From an uncultured delta proteobacterium (GTDB lineage: Bacteria; Desulfobacterota; Syntrophorhabdia; Syntrophorhabdales; WCHB1-27), in NCBI GenBank assembly GCA_963729685.1, contig CAVSOX010000018.1, positions 273,944 to 337,943 of the forward strand: a DNA stretch of 64,000 nucleotides, read 5' to 3'. A program made the position numbers and the translations under genes. Below are positions 57,088 to 64,000 of this stretch, one piece after another (position 1 is the stretch's first letter; every line of letters starts with the position of its first letter). A model generated the notes under the pieces. The model ran no database searches. It was not told the DNA's origin and saw only the letters and a list, made by a program, of their open reading frames with translations.

Positions 57088-58113
57088 ATGAAACGTCACG
57101 GCGTGGGGATCTCATGGGTCGTGGTTGTCGCGATCTTGTTCTGTTTTGTCGCATCGTCGGTCCATTCGGCCGAAAAGGTTATCAGGCTGAGGTATGCGGT
57201 CTGGTTCCCGCCTACCCACAGGCTTGCGATCCTTAGCGACCAGTGGTGCAAGGAAGTGGAGAAGAGGACGAACGGCGCGGTGAAAATAACGCCTTTCGTG
57301 GGCGGGACCCTTGCCAATCCCACCCAGGTCTACGAAGGCATTCTCAAAGGATCGTTCGATATAGGGGGCAGCGCGCTTGCCTACAATACCGGAAGGTTTC
57401 CGCTGACGGAAGTCCTCGATCTGCCCCTGGGCTACAGGGACGCCCGGCAGGGCGCACTGTTGCACAATGCATACTTGAAGAAGTTCAAACCGTACCTCAA
57501 AGAGTTCGATGAAGTGAAGCTCTTTTATCTGTTCCCCCCGGGAGCAGGTCTGATCCATACAAAGAAAGTGGTAAAGAGCCTCGAGGAGATAAAGGGCATG
57601 AGGATAAGGGCCAGCGGTCTCAACGCCAAGAGCGTCGAGGCGCTTGGGGCGATCCCGGTAACGATTACGATACCTGAAACCTACGACGCGCTTCAAAGAG
57701 GCATCGTCGACGGTCTCCTCATGCACACGGAGGTCCTTCAGACATTCAGGCTCGGCGAGCTCGCAAAATGCACGATCAAAGACCACGGCATATCCAACGG
57801 GCCTGCGCAGTATGTCATGATGAACAAGAAGAAATGGGAATCTCTGCCAAAGAGCGTCCAGCAGGTCATCGACCAGTTAAACGAGGAGTATCTGGAGAAG
57901 ACCGTCAAGGCGCTTATGGATATGGATGACGAGGTCTATGTCTACCTGAAGAAGATGGGCAATACGGTGGTGACGGTCTCGAAGGAGGAGCAGGCCAAGA
58001 CAGCCGCCAAAATGAAGCCCGTCTTCGATGAGTACGTGCAGAGGGTGAAGGCACAGGGGCTGCCCGGCGACGAAGCGCTCAAGTTCTGCCTCGATTTTCT
58101 CAAGACCCATTAG
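57088..58113 (+). CDS. TRAP transporter substrate-binding protein (DctP type)
   Basis: ATG 57088: MKRHGVGISWVVVVAILFCFVASSVHSAEKVIRLRY.. (signal peptide); 341 aa. Confidence 0.88.
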   Translation: MKRHGVGISWVVVVAILFCFVASSVHSAEKVIRLRYAVWFPPTHRLAILSDQWCKEVEKRTNGAVKITPFVGGTLANPTQVYEGILKGSFDIGGSALAYNTGRFPLTEVLDLPLGYRDARQGALLHNAYLKKFKPYLKEFDEVKLFYLFPPGAGLIHTKKVVKSLEEIKGMRIRASGLNAKSVEALGAIPVTITIPETYDALQRGIVDGLLMHTEVLQTFRLGELAKCTIKDHGISNGPAQYVMMNKKKWESLPKSVQQVIDQLNEEYLEKTVKALMDMDDEVYVYLKKMGNTVVTVSKEEQAKTAAKMKPVFDEYVQRVKAQGLPGDEALKFCLDFLKTH

Positions 58114-58216
58114 GCTGGACCGCTTCTTTTGCTGCTTTCGTTTTGCTCGAACCTTCCGGGGAGCCGGGACCGGCCCGTTTGCGAAGGCAGGGGGAGCCGG
58201 ATTGGAGGGGAATGGA

Positions 58217-58699
58217 ATGGAGCGTATAATTCGTCTCTGGCGTAAGATTGGCATCACCGCTCACGCCGTGGCCGGGGCCGCCCTTTTGGTCATGTTCCTG
58301 ATCACTCTTGCCGAAGTCAGCATGCGCGCGGTCTGGAGGTCGATCCCCGGAACCTTCGAGATGATCTCCCTGCTGGGGGGTATCGTGATCGGACTCGCCG
58401 TTCCCTACACGTCCCAGATGAACGGACATATCAACGTCGATATCCTCATAGGTAAATTACCGAAGGGCGTTCAGGACACAATGAACGTGATTACCCGGAT
58501 CCTGGTGATGGTCTTCTTCATCTTCATCGCATTGAGCCTCATATCGATGGGGATCGACCACCGGGCGTCAAAAGAGGTGACTCAAACACTGAGGGTTCCG
58601 CTCTACTACATCTTCTTCGTCCTCGCGGGCGTCTTTCTGATCCAGGCGGCCCAATTCATTTTGGACATCGCCAAGATCTGTAGAGGTAGCCATGAATAG
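58217..58699 (+). CDS. TRAP transporter small permease (DctQ type)
   Basis: GGAGGGG SD then ATG 58217; 160 aa, 4 TM. Confidence 0.85.
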   Translation: MERIIRLWRKIGITAHAVAGAALLVMFLITLAEVSMRAVWRSIPGTFEMISLLGGIVIGLAVPYTSQMNGHINVDILIGKLPKGVQDTMNVITRILVMVFFIFIALSLISMGIDHRASKEVTQTLRVPLYYIFFVLAGVFLIQAAQFILDIAKICRGSHE

Positions 58700-60002
58700 C
58701 GATACCGCCTTCGGACTCATCTCGCTTTTGGTCCTGATCCTCTCCTTCCTCACCGGTATCGAAATCTCTTTTGCCATAGGCATGATAGGCTTCGTCGGAT
58801 ATATCCATCTCGTCTCCTTCGGCGGGGCGATGAGCATGCTCGGCAAAGACATCTATGATACGTTTGCGTCCTACGGTCTGACCGTGATCCCTCTCTTCGT
58901 CCTGATGGGCCAGGTGGCTTACCACTCGGGGACGGCCCGAAAAGTCTATGATGCCGCCTACAGGTATGTGGGCCATATACCCGGCGGTCTCGCCATGACG
59001 ACGGTAGTAGGGGCGACCCTGTTCAAGGCGATGTGCGGTTCGACCTTCGCCACGGTCGTCGCCTTTTCGAGCGTCGCCGTTCCTGAGATGGTCCGCTACG
59101 GATACAGCAAGAAACTCGCGACGGGGCTCGTGGCGACCGTGGGAACCCTTGGTATTCTCATGCCCCCGAGCGTCATACTCATCATCCTCGGGCTTCTCAC
59201 GGAGCAGTCTGTCGGCAGGCTTTTCCTGGCCGGCATCGTACCTTCCGTCATGCTCTCCCTTTCGTTTATGGGTGTTACCATCGGATGGGTGAAGGTCTCC
59301 CCGGCCGACGCTCCAAGGGGCGAGAAGTCCACCTGGCGGCAGAGGATCAGCGCCCTGCCGGAGGTTGTCTGGGTGGTCGTCGTATTCAGCCTCGTCATCG
59401 GGGGTCTGATGAAGGGGTTCTTCAGTCCCACCGAGGCCGGAAGCATCGGAACGGCCGCTATCCTTGTCCTTGTCTTTGTGAGGGAGAAATTCAGGGTGAA
59501 GAACCTGATCAAGCCCATAGATGAAGCACTCAGGACAGCCTGTATGGTTCTTATGCTGATCGCCTGCTCGACCGTCTTCGGCCATTTCCTGACCATCACC
59601 GAAATTCCTATGGTTGCGGCCGAGTGGACAGCAGGACTTGCGGTCAACCGGAATATCATCGTGATTATCATCCTCGTTATTTACCTCATCGGCGGATCGT
59701 TCATCGACGATATGGCTTTTATGATACTGGCCACACCTATCTTCTATCCGATCGTCCTCAAGCTTGGTTTTGATCCCATCTGGTTCTGCATCATGATCGG
59801 TGCCACCATCATGATCGGTACCGTCATTCCCCCGGTGGCTATCTCCGTCTTCCTCGTGAAACAGATTACAGGCGAGCCCTTCAAGCTGATCTACGGCGGG
59901 GTCTATCCTTATCTCATAGGTCTCGTTGTCTGTATGATTTTGCTTTTTTTCTTCCCCGGGATTGCAACGTTTCTCCCTGATATGCTCATGGGAAAGGGGT
60001 AG
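58692..60002 (+). CDS. TRAP transporter large permease (DctM type)
   Basis: 436 aa, multi-TM; overlaps the dctQ-type gene by 8 nt. Confidence 0.92.
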   Translation: MNSDTAFGLISLLVLILSFLTGIEISFAIGMIGFVGYIHLVSFGGAMSMLGKDIYDTFASYGLTVIPLFVLMGQVAYHSGTARKVYDAAYRYVGHIPGGLAMTTVVGATLFKAMCGSTFATVVAFSSVAVPEMVRYGYSKKLATGLVATVGTLGILMPPSVILIILGLLTEQSVGRLFLAGIVPSVMLSLSFMGVTIGWVKVSPADAPRGEKSTWRQRISALPEVVWVVVVFSLVIGGLMKGFFSPTEAGSIGTAAILVLVFVREKFRVKNLIKPIDEALRTACMVLMLIACSTVFGHFLTITEIPMVAAEWTAGLAVNRNIIVIIILVIYLIGGSFIDDMAFMILATPIFYPIVLKLGFDPIWFCIMIGATIMIGTVIPPVAISVFLVKQITGEPFKLIYGGVYPYLIGLVVCMILLFFFPGIATFLPDMLMGKG

Positions 60003-60066
60003 GATGGGCTAAGAAGGGGGGATGGACGTCGCCTGGGGTGCGGAAATTGAACAAAGGAGGAACATC

Positions 60067-61635
60067 GTGTCTCAGACATCACATGTCGGATTTGATTGGT
60101 TGGAGCGGCGCAGCGAGCTTTCACCCGATAAGGAGGCCGTCGTTGACATAGCGTCGGCGCGCCGGTTCACGTATCGGCAATTCAATCGGCGGACCAACAA
60201 ACTAGCTAATACCTGGCGTGAGAAATGGGGCATCAGAAAGGGGGACAGGATCGCTATCATAGCCCGCAACTGTCCGGAGTTCCTTGAGGCATACTACGCC
60301 GCCGGGAAACTGGGCGCTATTCTCGTGGCTATTAACGTTCGGGCCGCGGGCGAAGAACTCCTCTATTTGATTCGCAACTCCGAGCCCCGAGGCCTTATCC
60401 TCGGGGATGAGTTTCTTGACACCATTCATGACGTGAAGGGAAAGACAGATGTGCGCAATTACCTTTCGTTAGGCGAAAACCGGAGTGAAGAGGCAATCGG
60501 TTACGACGATTTTGTGAGTTCTGCAAGTGATCTGGCGCCGAAACCCGATCAGCCCCTCGACCTGGACGACCCCAGGCTGATCTTATATACGTCGGGAACG
60601 ACGGGTTACCCCAAGGGCGCGATCATCACCAGCAGGGGTATCCTTTTCAACACTCTCAATGTGCTTCTTCATGACGACCAGATCATACCGAGCACGGTAA
60701 GCCTCTGTGTCGTGCCCTTTTTTCACATTGCCGGCCTGAACATAAAGACAAACCCCACCCTTCTCATGGGGGGAACCGTGGTAATAATGAAATCCTTTGA
60801 CGCAGGTGAGGTCATCAGGGTTATACACGAAAAGAAAGTGAACACCCTTTTCCTCGTCGCAACAATGTGGAAATTTGTCTGCGCCCATCCCGACTTTGAG
60901 GCGGCAGATTTCTCGGGAATAAGGATTGCCACGGGCGGAAGCGAGACCCTTCCCTTCTCGCTGATACAAACAGTGGAGAGAAAGGGTGTTCTCTTGACCA
61001 ATGGCTATGGCCTTACGGAAAGCGGGCCCTGTTCCATCGTACAGCGACGAAGCGACACGATGCGCAAGCCCGGCTCCATTGGTTTACCCACCTTTTACAC
61101 TGAAGCACGAATCGTGAATCCTGATGGAGTTGATGTGCCGGTGGGAGAAACCGGAGAGATACTCCTACGCGGGCCTTCCATCATGGCCGGGTACTGGAAG
61201 AATCCGGCCGGGACTGCAGAGGCTATTCGCGACGGATGGCTTTATACGGGCGATCTCGGTTTCGAGGATGAGGAGGGCCACTACTTCATCAAGGGCAGGA
61301 AAAAGGAGGTGATAATCAGCGGGGGAGAGAACATTTATCCCGCCGAGATCGAGAGGTTTCTGAGCCAGCACGAGGACATTGCGGAAGCGACCGTTTTCGG
61401 GGTCCCCGATGAACGATGGGGAGAGGTGGGCTGGGCAGTTGTCTGCCCCAAGGCGGGGAGAACGCTGACAAGGGATCAAATCATCGATTTTCTCGACGAC
61501 AAGATTGCCCGTTTCAAGATTCCGAAATATGTGACTTTCATGGACGCGCTGCCGAAGGCTGCATCGGGCAAAGTCGCAAAGCGGGTGTTGCAGGAAGCGT
61601 ATTCCAGGGAACTAAGCAAAAAGGCGAATCCCTAA
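60067..61635 (+). CDS. AMP-dependent acyl-CoA synthetase/ligase
   Basis: AAGGAGG SD then GTG 60067; LILYTSGTTGYPKGA (AMP motif), ..GYGLTE.., ..YTGDLG.., ..PKAASGKV.. Confidence 0.92.
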   Translation: MSQTSHVGFDWLERRSELSPDKEAVVDIASARRFTYRQFNRRTNKLANTWREKWGIRKGDRIAIIARNCPEFLEAYYAAGKLGAILVAINVRAAGEELLYLIRNSEPRGLILGDEFLDTIHDVKGKTDVRNYLSLGENRSEEAIGYDDFVSSASDLAPKPDQPLDLDDPRLILYTSGTTGYPKGAIITSRGILFNTLNVLLHDDQIIPSTVSLCVVPFFHIAGLNIKTNPTLLMGGTVVIMKSFDAGEVIRVIHEKKVNTLFLVATMWKFVCAHPDFEAADFSGIRIATGGSETLPFSLIQTVERKGVLLTNGYGLTESGPCSIVQRRSDTMRKPGSIGLPTFYTEARIVNPDGVDVPVGETGEILLRGPSIMAGYWKNPAGTAEAIRDGWLYTGDLGFEDEEGHYFIKGRKKEVIISGGENIYPAEIERFLSQHEDIAEATVFGVPDERWGEVGWAVVCPKAGRTLTRDQIIDFLDDKIARFKIPKYVTFMDALPKAASGKVAKRVLQEAYSRELSKKANP

Positions 61636-61668
61636 AGGGATGCCAGGACAGCAGAACGGAGGGCATGC

Positions 61669-62031
61669 ATGGCCAAAAGCATTATACTCTACAACTTGAA
61701 AGAAGGCGTCTCCGACGCAGATTACGTGAAATGGTGTGAGGAGTACAAAGGTCCCTTCTTCCTCTCGCTGCCTGCCTGCAAATCCTTTACCCTTGTGACG
61801 ATGCTGGGCGGGATCAAGGGCAATGGCGCGAAAGGCGCCCCTCCCGAGCCGACCCCGTCGCCGTTCAAGTACGTCGGGATCGTCGATGTGGATAATCTCG
61901 GGGCATGGCAGGGGGATACGGAATCAAAGCGGTTCAGGGAGGAGTTCTTCCCTCAGTGGTTCTCCCGATGGGTCGCCGATTTCTACGTCCTGGTGGGCAC
62001 GGAGGTCTACGAGGGACAAAGCACGCGGTGA
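61669..62031 (+). CDS. Hypothetical protein (possibly EthD/dimeric alpha-beta-barrel-like)
   Basis: 120-aa ORF in the operon; MAKSIILYNLKEGVSDADYVKWCEEY..; the fold assignment is a weak impression only. Confidence 0.55.
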   Translation: MAKSIILYNLKEGVSDADYVKWCEEYKGPFFLSLPACKSFTLVTMLGGIKGNGAKGAPPEPTPSPFKYVGIVDVDNLGAWQGDTESKRFREEFFPQWFSRWVADFYVLVGTEVYEGQSTR

Positions 62032-62087
62032 AGGCCGCGCACCCGGCTCGATTTACGGGGCGCGAAGCGCCGTGAAGCTCGTCCGCG

Positions 62088-62720
62088 ATGAAAAGAGGTG
62101 GTGAATTGTCCGGCGACAAAAAAGAGAAGCGGCAAGACGAGCAGGCTTACGAGGACATGGACCCGTACCTGCTGATTGAAAATCTGGAGCGCTGCATGCA
62201 GTGCGGGAAATGCGTCGGCGCCTGCCCCGTCGCCAGTCTTTCGCCCTCCTACAATGCCCGGCAGATCATAAGCGATGTGGTAGACGGGCGACACGAGCGC
62301 TGGTCGAGGAGCGAGGAGATCTGGCGCTGTTTCTTATGCGCCGGCTGCCACACCCTTTGTCCCGTCGATATTAACTTCCCCGCTCTGATCATGCAGCTCC
62401 GGTACCTTGCGCTTGAGCGGAAGTACGGCGTGAGATACGTGGTCCCCTTCAAGCGCTTTGCAATAGCGGCAAGGCGGGACGGTCTTACCTTTTTGCCGGC
62501 CAGCGAAAAGGCCCGTGACAGGATCAAGAAGATACGGACCGGTATCGGATTGGAGCCGTGGCCGGAAATATCCGAGAAGGCCCGGGAGGAGTACCAGGCC
62601 CTTTTCGATCTTACGGGCGCGAGCGCTTCCATCGAGGCAATAAAGGAAGAGGATGATAAGCCGCTCGATCTCAAGTACGCTGAAGGCAAGGTTGGGATTA
62701 CCCGAAGGAAGGGTGATTAG
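62088..62720 (+). CDS. HdrC-like 4Fe-4S dicluster protein
   Basis: CMQCGKCVGACPV and CFLCAGCHTLCPV ferredoxin motifs; 210 aa. Confidence 0.8.
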   Translation: MKRGGELSGDKKEKRQDEQAYEDMDPYLLIENLERCMQCGKCVGACPVASLSPSYNARQIISDVVDGRHERWSRSEEIWRCFLCAGCHTLCPVDINFPALIMQLRYLALERKYGVRYVVPFKRFAIAARRDGLTFLPASEKARDRIKKIRTGIGLEPWPEISEKAREEYQALFDLTGASASIEAIKEEDDKPLDLKYAEGKVGITRRKGD

Positions 62721-62721
62721 A

Positions 62722-63653
62722 GTGCTTAGCCCGGACGAGAGGATTCCAAGGATTCCGGAAGCCGTCTTTCTTTTCCGGAGCTGGCACGGGAAGCCTGGAA
62801 TATCCCGGAACAGAGAGCGCCGTGAGAGAAACCCTTCAAGCTTTCGGCATCGAAGCGGTCATGAGCCCCGATCAGACCTGCTGTGCCGGCTACCTCCAGG
62901 CATGCTCGGTATATAAGCCTGAGACCTGTCTTGCCATAACCGCGCGCAATCTCGCCATCGTCGAGAGAACGGGTCTGGACACCTACACCTTTTGCAATGG
63001 CTGCTATACCGGCCTATGCGAGTTTTCGCACATGCTCTCGTCCGACCCGGATCAACGGGCCGCGGCCAACGATCTCATCGGTCGCTGGGGGTACCGGTAT
63101 GAGGGCCGCACGACCATCTATCACGTGCAGGAGCTGTGGTATCGGCTGAAGGAAAAAATCGCGGGGAGGGTCGTACGGCCCCTCAAGGGGCTCCGCGTCG
63201 CTGCTCACTACGGATGTCATTACCTGTCTATCCGGGCAGGGGCTCTCGACAATGCGGCTTATCCGACGTTCCACGAAGAGACTCATCGAAGCCCTGGGAG
63301 CGACACCCGTCTTTTATAAGGAACGCCAACAGTGCTGCGGTTACTCGGTGGGGCGGGGCTTTACCCATAGGGACGAGATCGTGGTGCCCCACCTCTACAA
63401 GAAATTCAAGAGCGCCGCCGAGGAAGGGGTTCAACTGATGACCACGGTCTGTCCCGGCTGCAATGTTGCGCTGGACCGGGAACAGCCCGCGCTCAACAAG
63501 CGGTATGGCGAAGAATTCCATATCCCCGTCATCGATCTTTCCCAGCTCATCGCGCTCGCTCTCGGCGTCCCGGTCTCGAAGCTCGGCTTTTCCGCCAATA
63601 CCATCGGTCTTGGTCCTCTATTGAAAAAACTGAATGACGATAAAGGAACGTAA
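62722..63653 (+). CDS. HdrB-like protein with two CCG domains, split by two apparent frameshifts (~62765-62775 and ~63285)
   Basis: GTG 62722 (SD AAGGAAGG) opens frame 1. Frame 2 reads ..FFSGAGTGSLEYPGTESAVRETLQAFGIEAV..CCAG..CNGC..HYGCHY..AYPTFHEE. Frame 3 reads LIEALGATPVFYKERQQCCG..VCPGCN... Deleting one A at ~63285 gives ..FHEELIEALG.. Confidence 0.75.
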
Positions 63654-64000
63654 GTGATGAGAGAGACGGGTAAGACGGCACTGATCATTGGCGGCGGCCT
63701 GGCGGGAATGGAGGCGGCCCTGAGAATAGGGCAGGCGGGCTTTCACTCTGTCCTGATAGAAAAAGAGGCAGTGCTTGGCGGCACGGTCCTGAAGCTCAAG
63801 AGCAGCTTCCCCCGATGGGAGGACCCGCTCGATCTGGTGCATGAGAGGGTCGAGCAGGCCGAAACGCTGCTCCGGGGTCACCGTGATGACCGGGACGACG
63901 GTGGCCGGAAGCAGGCCCCGGCAAAATGGGTTTCTTGTCTCGTTAAGGGCCGGTAACGGCGGCGCCCGAGAGCTGGATATCGATGCCGTTGTGCTCGCGA
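63654..64000 (+). CDS. HdrA/QmoA-like FAD-dependent oxidoreductase, partial (runs off window); apparent frame change near 63855-63870
   Basis: ALIIGGGLAGMEAALRIGQAGFHSVLIEKEAVLGG (Rossmann GxGxxG). After ~63860 the protein-like reading (..GVTVMTGTTVAGSRPRQNGFLVSLRAGNGGARELDIDAVVLA) is in another frame. Confidence 0.7.

Overview
High-GC (about 60%) bacterial chromosomal segment. The gene content (sigma-54 two-component systems, class III ribonucleotide reductase, cytochrome bd, Hdr-like Fe-S proteins, a UGA-encoded selenoprotein, a Tat-exported split-Soret-like cytochrome) suggests an anaerobic Deltaproteobacteria/Thermodesulfobacteriota-like organism; this taxonomic placement is inference only. 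I can support about 60 protein genes, one tRNA-Leu(CAA) and no rRNA, canonical CRISPR array, intact transposase or integrase. Order left to right: ModE-like regulator (partial), tRNA-Leu, a 5.5-kb block (MBL hydrolase, selenocysteine peroxiredoxin-like gene, tex, HU) closed by a 59-nt copy of the tRNA 3' half, then a Phd/RelE toxin-antitoxin pair, a TSUP permease and a truncated HUH rolling-circle Rep. These are followed by a methyltransferase and Tat-MBL hydrolase, sensor kinase/NtrC pair 1, an AT-rich poorly coding patch, a beta-propeller protein and a dihaem cytochrome. Next come a sigma-54 promoter with a CheY-like regulator, a TSUP permease coupled to a TIGR02186::PEP-utilising-enzyme fusion, DUF3047, ICMT, meaB, DedA, the cysS-nudix-moeA/mobB operon and galT. 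The nrdD-grx-nrdG operon has NrdR boxes, tandem structured repeats and an orphan Cas6-like gene. The remainder holds satP, small secreted proteins, MBL, nitroreductase, AKR, pssA, cydAB, a gntR-MFS-dehydratase operon, and a sigma-54-controlled acyl-CoA dehydrogenase/thiolase/DUF35/TRAP/CoA-ligase/HdrCBA-like cluster. Points worth a second look: (1) a dispersed intergenic mosaic repeat family built from tandem heptamers (GTGNNGA)n in inverted arms; (2) the Cas6-like gene in the nrd operon next to tandem hairpin repeats; (3) the TSUP plus TIGR02186::PpsA-like fusion; (4) the UxxC selenoprotein with a SECIS-like hairpin; (5) the tRNA-bounded islet. At least 10 genes are split by single-base frame changes, so sequence quality (or gene decay) must be checked before any biological interpretation.
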